Positions 10,209 to 20,131 of a stretch of 64,000 nucleotides of DNA are shown in pieces. The notes beneath the pieces are model-generated. The model was given only the letters and a program-made list of their open reading frames with translations, did not search any database and had not been told where the DNA came from. How positions within the stretch are numbered: the stretch's first letter is position 1; every line of letters begins with the position of its first letter. Source of the DNA: an uncultured Candidatus Rokubacteria bacterium (GTDB lineage: Bacteria > Methylomirabilota > Methylomirabilia > Rokubacteriales > DASRDR01); assembly GCA_963805625.1 (NCBI GenBank), contig CAWDVE010000013.1, positions 96,001 through 160,000 of the forward strand, written 5' to 3'. The translations under genes and the position numbers were made by a program.

Positions 10209-11153
10209 ATGGGCCGGTTCCTCCTGGGCCGCCTGATCGCCGTGCTCCCGGTCCTCGTGCTCGTCACCGCCGGGGTGTTCCTCCTCATCCACCTCACGCC
10301 CGGCGATCCGATCGACGCCATGATGGCCGAGTCGGTGGACGCCGGCGTGAAGGCGGAGCTCAGCCGGCAGCTCGGTCTCGATCAGCCGATCCACGTGCAG
10401 TACGTCAGGTGGATGGGCCGGCTCCTCCGGGGCGACCTCGGGCGCTCGATCCGGAACGGGCAGCCGGTCGTCGAAGACGTGGCGCGCCGCCTCCGGCCCA
10501 GCCTGGAGCTGGCGTTCCTGGCGATGCTGATCGCGCTCCTGGTGGCCTTCCCACTCGGCATGCTCTCCGCGGCACGCCGGAACACCGCGACGGACGGCGC
10601 CGGCACGGCGTTCGCCCTGCTCGGGATCTGCATGCCGAACTTCCTCGTCGCCCTGCTCCTGATCTTCCTGTTCGGCGTGACGCTCCGCTGGCTGCCCGTC
10701 TCCGGCTACACCGATCCGCTCGAGGACCCGGTGAACGGCCTCCGCTCGCTGACGCTGCCCGCGATCACCCTCGGACTCGCGCTGGCAGCCGTGCTCACCC
10801 GAACGCTGCGCTCGAGCCTCATCGACGCGCTTTCCGAGGATTACGTGCGGACCGCGCGGGCCAAGGGGCTGTCCGAGCGAGTGATCCTCGGCCGGCACGC
10901 GCTCAAGAACGGCCTCATCCCGGTCGCCACGGTGCTGGGGCTCCAGCTCGGCGGACTCATCGGGGGGGCGGTGATCACGGAGTACGTGTTCGCCCTCCCC
11001 GGCGTCGGCCGGCTCGTGGTCGACGCGGTCTTCGCGCGGGACTATCCCCTGGTGCAGGGGGTCGTCCTGCTGATCGCCGTGGGCTTCATCCTGAGCAGCC
11101 TGGCGGTGGACCTCGTCTATGCGTGGCTCGACCCGAGGATTCGATATCGCTGA
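10209..11153 (+). CDS. ABC transporter permease (DppB/OppB-like)
   Basis: PGDP, GDLGRS, EDYVRTARAKGL and LDPRIR motifs. Confidence 0.95.
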   Translation: MGRFLLGRLIAVLPVLVLVTAGVFLLIHLTPGDPIDAMMAESVDAGVKAELSRQLGLDQPIHVQYVRWMGRLLRGDLGRSIRNGQPVVEDVARRLRPSLELAFLAMLIALLVAFPLGMLSAARRNTATDGAGTAFALLGICMPNFLVALLLIFLFGVTLRWLPVSGYTDPLEDPVNGLRSLTLPAITLGLALAAVLTRTLRSSLIDALSEDYVRTARAKGLSERVILGRHALKNGLIPVATVLGLQLGGLIGGAVITEYVFALPGVGRLVVDAVFARDYPLVQGVVLLIAVGFILSSLAVDLVYAWLDPRIRYR

Positions 11154-12042
11154 GCACGCTCCCGCGAGCGCGCGCACCTGGGCCCCGGCCGCGCGGCCGG
11201 CCTCGGTGCGGCGCTGGGTGGCGCTGCGGCGACTGGCCAGCGGGCGACTCGCCCTGGCCGGCGCCGCGGTGACCCTGGTCGCGGTGGTGGTGGCGCTGGC
11301 CGCGCCAGCGCTGGCCCCCCACAACCCCCTCAAGCAGAATCTCGGCAGCACGCTCGCAAGCCCGAGCCGGACTCACCTCCTCGGGACCGACAACGTGGGC
11401 CGGGACGTGCTCTCGCGGGTCATCTGGGGCACGCGCATCTCGCTGGTGGCAGGCTTCGTGTCGGTCGCGATCGCGGCGCTGGCGGGAAGCCTTATCGGGC
11501 TCTTCGCCGGATACCGAGGCGGCCGGGTCGATGGCCTCGCGATGCGGCTCATGGACGCGGTGCTGTCCTTCCCGCCCCTGGTCCTGGCGCTGGCGCTCGG
11601 CGCCGTTCTGGGCGCGGACCTCACCGGGGTGCTGATCGCGCTCGGCGTCGTCTACACGCCCACCTTCGCCCGCCTGATGCGCGGTCAGGTGCTGACGATC
11701 CGGGGGCGCGAGTACATCGAGGCGGCCCGGGCCCTCGGCGCGTCCGGCGGGTGGATCGCCTGGCGTCACGTCCTGCCGAACGCCGCCACCCCGATCGTGG
11801 TGCAGGCGTCCCTGAGCGTGGCGTTCGCCATCCTCGCGGAGGCCTCGCTGTCCTTCCTCGGGCTCGGAGTCCAGCCGCCGGATGCCTCCTGGGGCAGCAT
11901 GATCAACGCGGGGCGCGGCTACCTCCGCCAGGCGCCGTGGGTCGTCTTCGGGCCGGGCGCCGCCCTGTTCGTGACCGTGCTCGGTCTGAACTTCCTCGGC
12001 GACGCCGTACGCGACGCGCTCGATCCGAAACTGCGGGCGTGA
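11119..12042 (+). CDS. ABC transporter permease (DppC/OppC-like)
   Basis: HLLGTDNVGRDVLSR, EYIEAARALG and GDAVRDALDPK motifs. Start is uncertain. Confidence 0.93.
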   Translation: MRGSTRGFDIAEHAPASARTWAPAARPASVRRWVALRRLASGRLALAGAAVTLVAVVVALAAPALAPHNPLKQNLGSTLASPSRTHLLGTDNVGRDVLSRVIWGTRISLVAGFVSVAIAALAGSLIGLFAGYRGGRVDGLAMRLMDAVLSFPPLVLALALGAVLGADLTGVLIALGVVYTPTFARLMRGQVLTIRGREYIEAARALGASGGWIAWRHVLPNAATPIVVQASLSVAFAILAEASLSFLGLGVQPPDASWGSMINAGRGYLRQAPWVVFGPGAALFVTVLGLNFLGDAVRDALDPKLRA

Positions 12043-12557
12043 GGCTCGCGGGCGTCGATAGCGCGTGCGACATCGCCAGCGCGACGCGCCTACTGGTCGG
12101 GCTGCCGGTCTTCCTCCGGCGCCGAGCGGTCGCCCAGGAGGCCCACGCAGTCATCCGACGGCGCCTCGAGCAGCGCAGCGCCACATTCCTCGAGAAGCTC
12201 AACGCCGGTGGGATGACGTTCCTGGACACCGACATCGTCCGGCTCCTCGAGCGGGATCTGCCGGCCCGCTTCGGCGGGGGGCCGACGGACTTTCAGCTCG
12301 TCGAGCAGGAGCGCGAGGACGGACGACCTCGGGTGGTGCTGATCGTGCACCCGGGTGTCGGCGCGGTGGACCCGGCCGCGGTCGCCGAGTACCTGCTCGA
12401 TCGACTCGGCCGCGGATCCGGAGCCGAGCGGATCATGGCGCTCACGTGGCGCCAGAGCGACATCCTGGAGGTGGAGCGCGGCGTACCCAAGATGACCGCC
12501 GCCGGCAAGCTCCTACCGGTCCTCAAAGTCACGGGCCAGCTTCCACGGCCATCGTGA
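12039..12557 (+). pseudogene. Internally deleted ANL / phenylacetate-CoA-ligase-like gene
   Basis: A short N-terminal segment is joined near 12190 to a C-domain ending in an A10-like motif (PKMTAAGKL). The AMP-binding core is absent. Confidence 0.5.
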
Positions 12558-12710
12558 TCGACAAGCGCACGGCGGCCAGCCCCATCGGCCAGGACGACGC
12601 GCCAGTGCGCGCGGCTGGCCCCCCCGCGCCGACAGGTCATGAGCAACCGGGTAGACTGGAGCGGCTGTCGGGGAACAGCCGTGGCACCCCTACCCCTCTG
12701 ACCGGAGGAC

Positions 12711-14162
12711 ATGCGCATGCCGAATCCGTCTCTGGCCTTCGAGCCCATCACTCAGCTGGCGGCGAGGATCCGTGCAGGCGACGTCAGCCCGGTCGCGCTG
12801 ACCGAGGCGCTGCTCGAGCGGATCGCGGCGCTCGACGGCCGACTCCACGCCTTCATCGCGGTCACCCGGGAGCGGGCGCTGGCGGAGGCCCGCGCCGCCG
12901 AGCTCGCCCTGCGGGGGGGTCAGGACCTGGGACCGCTTCACGGCATCCCGTACGCCGCGAAGGACCTCTTCGACGTCCGGGGCGTGCCGACGACCGCAGG
13001 CACCCGGCTCCTCGCCGGGAACGTGGCGAAGGAGGACGCGGCCGTCGTCCGGCGTCTGGCCGGCGCCGGCATGGTCCTCGTGGGCAAGACCTATACGGTC
13101 CAGTTCGCCTTCGGCGGAGTCGGCGTGAACCACGACCAGGGCACGCCGCACAACCCCTGGCACGCGACGCACCATGTCCCGGGCGGCTCGTCCAGCGGCT
13201 CGGGAGTGGCCGTGGGGGCGGGGCTCGTCCCGATGGCACTCGGGAGTGACACCGGGGGCTCGGTCCGCATCCCGGCCGCCCTCTGCGGCACGGTCGGCCT
13301 CAAGACGACCGTCGGGCGCGTGAGCCGCGCCGGCGTCTACCCGCTCAGCTTCACCCTCGACTCGGTGGGACCCCTGACTCGGACGGTGGCAGACGCCGCC
13401 CTCGTCTACCAGACGCTGCAGGGCCAGGACGCCCGCGACGAGACAACCGACGGCGTCCAGCCGCACGATGTGCTGGCCCGGCTCGAGGACGGCGTCCGCG
13501 GGCTCAGGCTCGCCCTCGCCGAGACGCTCTTCTTCGACGACGTCGACCCCGAGGTCGAGCGGGCGGTGCGCGAGAGCGCCGGGGTGTTCCGCTCGCTCGG
13601 CGCCCAGGTCGAGAGCATCAAGGTCCCGGAGGCGGCGGAAGCGATGTCGGAGCAGAAGCGGGCCTTCGCCATCGCGGCCGAGGCGTGCGTCTACAACGCC
13701 CGGCTTCTCGACGAGCACTTCGACCAGCTCGACCCTGCGGTGGCCCACCGGATGATCGGCGGGCGCCAGCTCTCCGCTCCCGACTACTTCGCCCTCCACC
13801 GCCAGTGGGCCGAGCTCCGGCGACGGCTCGGCGCCCGTCTCGCCGACGTGGACGCGCTCCTGGTGCCGACCACTGCCCTGCCCTCGAAGCCCCTGGCGGA
13901 GGTCGACCGGACGATCGAGTCGTACGCCCAGCACAACAGCCGCTACCTCCGGAACACGGCGGTCGGGAACATCCTGAACCTCTGCGGCGTGTCCCTCCCG
14001 TGCGGCTTCACGCAGCAGGGGCTCCCGATCGGCCTGATGGTCTACGCGAAGCCGTTCCAGGAGGACGTGGCGCTCCGCGTCGCGCACGCCTACGAACGGG
14101 CGACCGAGTGGCACCGGCGCCATCCCGACCTCGCCTGGGCTGCGGGCGGTACGCGCCGCTGA
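12711..14162 (+). CDS. Amidase (amidase signature / GatA family)
   Basis: GPLHGIPYAAKD, PGGSSSGS and GSDTGGSVRIPA motifs. Confidence 0.95.
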   Translation: MRMPNPSLAFEPITQLAARIRAGDVSPVALTEALLERIAALDGRLHAFIAVTRERALAEARAAELALRGGQDLGPLHGIPYAAKDLFDVRGVPTTAGTRLLAGNVAKEDAAVVRRLAGAGMVLVGKTYTVQFAFGGVGVNHDQGTPHNPWHATHHVPGGSSSGSGVAVGAGLVPMALGSDTGGSVRIPAALCGTVGLKTTVGRVSRAGVYPLSFTLDSVGPLTRTVADAALVYQTLQGQDARDETTDGVQPHDVLARLEDGVRGLRLALAETLFFDDVDPEVERAVRESAGVFRSLGAQVESIKVPEAAEAMSEQKRAFAIAAEACVYNARLLDEHFDQLDPAVAHRMIGGRQLSAPDYFALHRQWAELRRRLGARLADVDALLVPTTALPSKPLAEVDRTIESYAQHNSRYLRNTAVGNILNLCGVSLPCGFTQQGLPIGLMVYAKPFQEDVALRVAHAYERATEWHRRHPDLAWAAGGTRR

Positions 14163-14217
14163 GATTCGGGCGGCGAGGAGTGCGGCCAGGCTTCTCCGCG
14201 CTGGCGAGGAGGAGGCC

Positions 14218-14604
14218 ATGAGGGAAACGGGCCAGGAGCTTGGACGGGAGGCGGGGACGAGCCCGGTCCGCGAGCGGCGCTGGGGCATGATCGGCGGGAC
14301 CCTGGGCTCTCTCTATGGCGTGGGAGCCGCCCTGATCGCCCTCCTCGTCGAGGGGGCACCCTGGTGGCCGACGGGCACCTACCCGCCGTTCTTCACGACG
14401 CCACGGCTCCTTGCCTTCGATGTGTACATGATCGCCGCGCTCGTGACGGGCGTCGGCTTTCTGGTCGCGGCGCTCGCCCTCGCCCGCCTGAGCCGGTATC
14501 CGCGCACCGACGCCAGCGGTGCCCTCGTGCTGGGCCTGGTCCTCGGTCTCACCAGCGGCGCGATCCTGTTCGCGCGGCTCGTGGCCGTCGTGCGAGGCGC
14601 GTAG
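14218..14604 (+). CDS. Hypothetical membrane protein (about 3 TM helices)
   Basis: Strong GAGGAGGAGG RBS, hydrophobic segments, and it fills the gap between the amidase and SDR genes. Confidence 0.7.
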   Translation: MRETGQELGREAGTSPVRERRWGMIGGTLGSLYGVGAALIALLVEGAPWWPTGTYPPFFTTPRLLAFDVYMIAALVTGVGFLVAALALARLSRYPRTDASGALVLGLVLGLTSGAILFARLVAVVRGA

Positions 14605-14637
14605 CGGGCCGGGAAACGACTCCGAGGCGGGAGCGAG

Positions 14638-15396
14638 GTGGCCGTGAGGCTCATGGGGAAAGTGGCACTGATCAGCGGCGGCGCGCGCGGCATGGGCGCC
14701 AGTGAGGCGCGGCTCTTCGCCCGGGAAGGGGCGCGCGTCGTCATCGGCGACATCCTCGAGGCCGAGGGCCTGGCCGTCGAGGCCGACATCCGTGCGAAGG
14801 GCGGCGACGCCCTGTTCGTCCGGCTCGACGTCACGGACGAGGGCGACTGGGAGCGCGCCGTCAGCCGGACGGTCGAGCGCTTCGAGCGGTTGAACGTGCT
14901 CGTGAACAACGCGGGCGTGGGAGCCGTCGGCCGCATCGAGGACACGACGGCCAAGGACTGGGACCACGTCATGGACGTCAACGCCAAGGGCGTGTTCCTC
15001 GGTACGAAGGCAGTCATCCCCGCCATGCGCCGGGCCGGCGGCGGCTCGATCGTCAACATCTCGTCCCAGCTCGGTCTCGTCGGGACCGACAACAGCAGCC
15101 CGCAGTACCAGGCCTCCAAGGGCGCCGTGCGCCTCCTGACGAAGGCGACCGCCATCCAGTACGCGCGCGAGGGCATCCGCGCCAACTCGGTCCACCCCGG
15201 ACCCATCGTGACCGCGATGACCGAGCGGCGCCGCGCCGACCCGGAGCACTACCAGCGCATGCTCTCGCGGATTCCGCTCGGCCGGTTCGGCGAGTCCGAC
15301 GAGGTCGCCTACGGCGTCCTCTACCTCGCCTCGGACGAAGCGGCATTCGTGACGGGCAGCGAGCTCGTCATCGACGGAGGCTGGACCGCCCAGTAG
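14638..15396 (+). CDS. SDR family oxidoreductase
   Basis: SGGARGMG, NNAG, YQASK and VIDGG motifs. Confidence 0.95.
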   Translation: MAVRLMGKVALISGGARGMGASEARLFAREGARVVIGDILEAEGLAVEADIRAKGGDALFVRLDVTDEGDWERAVSRTVERFERLNVLVNNAGVGAVGRIEDTTAKDWDHVMDVNAKGVFLGTKAVIPAMRRAGGGSIVNISSQLGLVGTDNSSPQYQASKGAVRLLTKATAIQYAREGIRANSVHPGPIVTAMTERRRADPEHYQRMLSRIPLGRFGESDEVAYGVLYLASDEAAFVTGSELVIDGGWTAQ

Positions 15397-16933
15397 GCTC
15401 GAGAGCTCGGGGCCCGATCAGTCGGACCTCTGACGCACGCACTCCTCGAAGCGCCACCGCCAGGCGCGCGCAGGCCTCATCGATCTCCCGCGGCGTGTAG
15501 GCCGCGTAGCCCAGCATGAGCCCGCCCCGCACGGCCCGGCGCACGGGCCGGGCACGATAGGCGGAGAGAGGCGGCGCGTCCACGTCGTGGGCCAGGGCGG
15601 CGCGCGCGGCCGAGCGGTCATCCACCCCCACGGGCAGCCAGCCCATCAGATGCATGCCCGCCTCCGCCGGTGCCACCTCGAGGAGCCCCCCGAGTGTCCG
15701 CCGCGCGGCGCGCACGAGGGCCGTCTGACGCTCGGCGTAGAGCGCGCGGGTTCGCCGCACGTGCCGTGCGAAGTGCCCGCCGTCGATGAAATCGGCGAGG
15801 GCCGCCTGGGTCACCGACGGCGAGTGCCGGTCGGCCAGCGCGCGCGCGGCGACGAAGGCGTCGACCAGCTCCGGAGGCACCACCAGGTACCCTAGCCGGA
15901 GCGCCGGGAAAAGCACCTTGCTGAACGTCCCCGCGTAGATCACGCGACCCTGCGTGTCGAGGCCCTGGAGCGCCGCGAGCGGGCGCCCGGCGTAGCGGTA
16001 CTCGCTGTCGTAGTCGTCCTCGAGGATCCACGCCCCGCTCGCGCTCGCCCACTCGAGAAGGGCGAGCCGGCGGTTCAAGCTCATCGTCACGCCGAGCGGG
16101 TACTGATGCGACGGCGTGACGTAGACCAGCCGGGCTCCGGGGGCGTCGCGGGCACCCCGGCGGACGTCGAGCCCCTCCGCGTCCACGGGGATCGGGGCCA
16201 GGCGGATCCCCGCCGCCACCAGGGCGCCGCGTGCCCCCTGGTAGCCCGGGTCCTCCACCCACGCCGTATCGCCGGAATCGAGGAGCACGCGCGCCGCGAG
16301 ATCGACCGCTTGCTGGGCGCCGGTCACCACGATGACCTGGGACGCCTCGCAGCGCACGGCTCGCGCCTCGCCGAGGTACGCCGCGATCGCCTCGCGAAGC
16401 GGCGCGTGGCCGGCCGGATCCCCGTAGTCCAGTAGCTGGCGCGAGACGCGCCGCCACCGCCGGGCGACCAGCCGCGTCCACAGGTCGAACGGGAAGGCGT
16501 CGAGCCCGGGAAGCCCGGGGCGGAACGGATGGGCCGTGATGGGCCCTCCGGCCAGGCTGGCGCGCGTCCCGAGGAGCAAAGCCCCACGCCGCGACAGGCG
16601 CGGCCGCCGGCCGGGCCGCTCCGTTCCCGCGGTCTCCGGGCGCGCCCGGAGGAGCGTCTCCGGGAGCATCCCCGCCACCGTCGTTCCCGCGCCCACGCGA
16701 CCCTCGAGGTAGCCCTCGTCGAGAAGCTGGCCGAACGCGGTGAGCACCGTGTTGCGGGAGGTTCCGAGATCGCCCGCGAGCACCCGCGTCGACGGGAGCC
16801 GCGCTCCGGGCCGGAGCCGTCCCGAGAGGATCGCCTCGCGCAGACCGTCGTAGAGCTGGCGGTAGAGTGGCACGCTCGAGGCGCGCTCGAGCCCCAGCGT
16901 CCCGATCGTCACGACGGCGCGGCGCTTCGGCAT
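15368..16933 (-). CDS. MocR/GabR-family regulator (GntR HTH plus PLP aminotransferase domain)
   Basis: PLYRQLY...RLPSTR, VTPSHQYPLG, EDDYDSEYRY and GTFSKVLFPALRLGY motifs. Confidence 0.95.
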   Translation of the reverse strand: MPKRRAVVTIGTLGLERASSVPLYRQLYDGLREAILSGRLRPGARLPSTRVLAGDLGTSRNTVLTAFGQLLDEGYLEGRVGAGTTVAGMLPETLLRARPETAGTERPGRRPRLSRRGALLLGTRASLAGGPITAHPFRPGLPGLDAFPFDLWTRLVARRWRRVSRQLLDYGDPAGHAPLREAIAAYLGEARAVRCEASQVIVVTGAQQAVDLAARVLLDSGDTAWVEDPGYQGARGALVAAGIRLAPIPVDAEGLDVRRGARDAPGARLVYVTPSHQYPLGVTMSLNRRLALLEWASASGAWILEDDYDSEYRYAGRPLAALQGLDTQGRVIYAGTFSKVLFPALRLGYLVVPPELVDAFVAARALADRHSPSVTQAALADFIDGGHFARHVRRTRALYAERQTALVRAARRTLGGLLEVAPAEAGMHLMGWLPVGVDDRSAARAALAHDVDAPPLSAYRARPVRRAVRGGLMLGYAAYTPREIDEACARLAVALRGVRASEVRLIGPRALEPTGRSSLRR

Positions 16934-16976
16934 CCGGCCCTCCCTCCCCACGCCCCTGCCCCGTGACGATGTCGCG

Positions 16977-17001
16977 AATGGAGCTCGGATAATGGCTCCA
17001 T
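16977..17001. promoter_or_regulatory. Candidate MocR operator
   Basis: Inverted repeat ATGGAGC-N10-GCTCCAT plus a direct AATGG repeat, in the divergent region upstream of the MocR gene. Confidence 0.5.
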
Positions 17002-17130
17002 CGTAGGGGTCGAGACGATCCTTCCGTCAAGGCCACCAGCGGGCGGCGGCGCCGCGGCTGTGACGCGGCCCGCGCACGCCGGCCAGACGTAGACCTCGCG
17101 GTGCAAGCCCGCGGTGTAACATGGACCGCC

Positions 17131-18024
17131 GTGAGCGGCGCCTTCGCCTGCAAGACCGCGCGAAACCGGCGGGTCGAGATCCGCGGCCTTGAGCTTCACC
17201 TCCTCGAGTGGGGCCCGGCGGCCCGGTCCGGCCTCCTGCTGCTCCACGGAGGTGCCGCGCACGCCCACTGGTTCGACGCCGTCGCGGTCGCGCTCGCCGA
17301 GCATCGACACGTCGTGGCGCTCGACCAGCGTGGCCACGGGGAGAGTGCGTGGGCACGTCCACCCGCGTACGCGACCGAGGACTTCGCGGGCGACATCATC
17401 GGCGTGATCGACGGCCTTGGATGGGAATCGGCGGTCCTCGTCGGGCACTCGATGGGCGGTCACAATGCGATCGCCTGCGCCGCGTGGCATCCCGATCGGA
17501 TCCGGGGGCTGGTCATCGTGGATTCGCGCCCGGCGATTCCAGCCGAGCGGCTCGCCCAGATGAAGGAGCGCGGGGAGCGACCCCTTCGCCAGCATCCGAC
17601 CATCGAGGCGGCCGTGGCCGCCTTCCGGCTCCTGCCGCCCGAGACGAGCGCCGATCCAGCCCTACTCGCCCACCTGGCGCGCGAGAGCGTCGCGTGGCGG
17701 GACGGCGCCGTCAGCCTGCGGTTCGACCCGGCGTGCTACGCGGCGCGCGTACCCGTCGACGGCTGGCCGCTCCTGCCGCGAATCACCGCGCCCGCGCTCG
17801 TGGTCCGGGGGGAGCGGAGCCCGATTCTCCCGGGCCCTATGGCCGAGCGCCTCCGCGCCGAGCTGCCCGCCGCCCGGCTCGTCGAGATACAGGACGCGTA
17901 CCACCATCTGGTGCTGGACCAGCCCGACGCGTTCGCCCACGAACTGCAGGGCTTCCTGGACGGCCTGGACAGCTCCGGGATGGGCGCCGAGGCATCCGCA
18001 GCCGGCCGGCCGGCGGCCTCATGA
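17131..18024 (+). CDS. Alpha/beta hydrolase
   Basis: LLHGG, LDQRGHGES, GHSMGG and catalytic His in AYHH. Confidence 0.92.
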   Translation: MSGAFACKTARNRRVEIRGLELHLLEWGPAARSGLLLLHGGAAHAHWFDAVAVALAEHRHVVALDQRGHGESAWARPPAYATEDFAGDIIGVIDGLGWESAVLVGHSMGGHNAIACAAWHPDRIRGLVIVDSRPAIPAERLAQMKERGERPLRQHPTIEAAVAAFRLLPPETSADPALLAHLARESVAWRDGAVSLRFDPACYAARVPVDGWPLLPRITAPALVVRGERSPILPGPMAERLRAELPAARLVEIQDAYHHLVLDQPDAFAHELQGFLDGLDSSGMGAEASAAGRPAAS

Positions 18025-18037
18025 CGGAGGCGCGCCC

Positions 18038-18718
18038 GTGAGGTCGAGCAGCCGACCGCGCAAGGTCTACGTCGTCACCGCTCCCGCGTCGATCCGCGGG
18101 ATCTACGACACCTGGGACGCGTGCCGGGCGGCCGTGTCCGGCATGGCCGGAGCCCGCTACCAGGGGGTCTCGAGCCGCGCCGTCGCGGAGGCGATGCTCC
18201 GCGGCGATGGCCTCCGGCTCGAGCCGGGCGTCTACGCGTTCGTCGACGGCAACGCCATGGGCGGCATCGGCGTGGTCCTGGTGGAGCAGGAAGAGTCGGG
18301 TCCGGCGTCGGTCCGCGAGCTCGCGACCACGGTCTACGACGTCTTCGGGCGGGCCGGGATCCCGAGTCTCGACACGCGCTCGAAGGTCACGGCGGCGACC
18401 GACAGCCTCCATAACATCCTCGCGGAGCTCGGCGCTCTCCACGCCGCCCTCCAGGAAGCCGCGCCGGGCTCGGCGCTGACCGTCGTCCACGACTACGAGG
18501 GCGTGGGCGCGTGGCTCGAGGGCCGGTGGAAGACGAAGAACCCGATGGTGGCCGAGGTGGTCCATGCCTGCCGGGCCCTCATCGAGGCGCGGGGCCTTCG
18601 CGTGCGCTTCCGCCACCAGCGTGGCCACGAGTCGACCTTCGCCGGCCGGAACGACTTCGCCGCCCACAACGCGCGGGCGGACAAGCTGGCGACCGAGGCT
18701 GCCCTCCGGCTCGTCTGA
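18038..18718 (+). CDS. rnhA: Ribonuclease HI with N-terminal hybrid-binding (viroplasmin) domain
   Basis: GIYDTWDACRAAVSG..GARY (HBD), then FVDG, NILAEL, VHDYEG, RGH and NARADKLA giving the D-E-D-D site. Confidence 0.85.
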   Translation: MRSSSRPRKVYVVTAPASIRGIYDTWDACRAAVSGMAGARYQGVSSRAVAEAMLRGDGLRLEPGVYAFVDGNAMGGIGVVLVEQEESGPASVRELATTVYDVFGRAGIPSLDTRSKVTAATDSLHNILAELGALHAALQEAAPGSALTVVHDYEGVGAWLEGRWKTKNPMVAEVVHACRALIEARGLRVRFRHQRGHESTFAGRNDFAAHNARADKLATEAALRLV

Positions 18719-18773
18719 CGCGCAGCCGGGCTCCCGCCACTGGTCACGTTTCATTCTCGGCGCGACAACGGGC

Positions 18774-19655
18774 ATGCGGGAAGGCAGACCGAGCCGCACG
18801 GCGGAATACATGGCGCTCTTCCGTGCCCTGGAGCACGGACGGCCGCCGGGAACACGGCTTTTCACCGACCCCTTCGCAAGGGCGTTCCTGGGGCCCCGCC
18901 TGCGCTCGCTCGTCACGCTGTCGGCGCTCCCCGGCTTAGCCGACCTGATCTGCGGCGTCATCGACCGCCGGTGGCCCGGCGCCCGCACCTCGGCCATCGC
19001 TCGCACGCGACTCATCGACGATCGCGTCGATGCGGCCATCGCCGAGGGCGCCGAGCAGCTCGTCCTGCTGGGAGCCGGCTTCGACTCCCGCCCCTACCGC
19101 CTGGCGGGCTGCGCCCGGCTGGCCGTCTTCGAGGTCGATCACCCGGCGACCCAGGCAAGGAAGCGCCAGGTCGTCGGTGACGTCATCGGCGAGCGCGCCT
19201 CCTGGGTCCGCTTCGTCCCCACGGACTTCGACCGCGACTCGATCGAGACTACATTGCCGGCAGCCGGGTACGACCGGACCCGGCCTACCCTCTTCATATG
19301 GGAGGGGGTGACCAACTACCTCACGGACAGCGCCGTCGACCACACGCTTCGCTGGTGCGCGCGAGCTGTGCCGCCCAGCCAGATCGCCTTCACATACGTC
19401 GCCCAGGCGGTCCTCGACGATCCGGCGGCGTTCTCCGGCACGGCCCGGCTGTTCGCCACCCTCGACGCCTCGGGGGAGCGCTGGACCTTCGGCCTCGATC
19501 CGTCCAGAGTCGCCGGGTATCTCGGTGAGCGTGGATATCGGCTGGACGAGGATCTCGGTGCCGCCGAGTACCGGGCGCGCTACTTCGGGCCGGCCTCGGC
19601 CGGCATGCGCGGGTACGAGTTCTATCGAGTCGCTTCCGCTCACGTTGTCGGATGA
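18774..19655 (+). CDS. SAM-dependent methyltransferase, LCM-like
   Basis: SRTA, DPFA, ARTRLIDD, QLVLLGAGFDSR, FEVDHP and WEGVTNYL motifs. Confidence 0.9.
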   Translation: MREGRPSRTAEYMALFRALEHGRPPGTRLFTDPFARAFLGPRLRSLVTLSALPGLADLICGVIDRRWPGARTSAIARTRLIDDRVDAAIAEGAEQLVLLGAGFDSRPYRLAGCARLAVFEVDHPATQARKRQVVGDVIGERASWVRFVPTDFDRDSIETTLPAAGYDRTRPTLFIWEGVTNYLTDSAVDHTLRWCARAVPPSQIAFTYVAQAVLDDPAAFSGTARLFATLDASGERWTFGLDPSRVAGYLGERGYRLDEDLGAAEYRARYFGPASAGMRGYEFYRVASAHVVG

Positions 19656-19703
19656 CACGCTGGCGCGTCTCCGCCGCGTCACGGTTGAACGGCGAGGCAC
19701 AAC

Positions 19704-20069
19704 ATGACGGCGTCGAATCCGCAAGATCTTCCGGCCCTCTTCTTTCGGGTGCTCACCGCGGGCGACGTGGAGGCAGCGGTCTCGCTCTATGAGCCGGACG
19801 GCGTCGTCGCGCTGGATCCCGATCGACCGGTGCGGGGACGGTCGGCCATCCGGACCATGCTGTCCGGATTCCTCGCCCAGAAGCCTCGCTGGGTTCTTCA
19901 TGACGCGGACGTCGTCCAGACCGATGAGGTTGCCCTCGTCCGCTCGCGATGGACGGTCACCGTGACCGACGCGGCGGGCGCGAGCACGAAGCTCGACGTC
20001 CAGCCCACAATCGTCGCCCGGCGCCAGGCCGACGGCCGCGGGCTGGTCGTCATCGACCGACCCGCTTGA
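19704..20069 (+). CDS. SnoaL/NTF2-like (YybH/DUF4440) protein
   Basis: AGDVEAAVSLYEPD, GRSAIR and ARRQADG..LVVID motifs. Confidence 0.8.
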   Translation: MTASNPQDLPALFFRVLTAGDVEAAVSLYEPDGVVALDPDRPVRGRSAIRTMLSGFLAQKPRWVLHDADVVQTDEVALVRSRWTVTVTDAAGASTKLDVQPTIVARRQADGRGLVVIDRPA

Positions 20070-20131
20070 CGCCCTTCCGGGGCCAGTGATACCAGGAACC
20101 CGGCGCGACGCTCGCGCCCAAGGAGGCTCCC

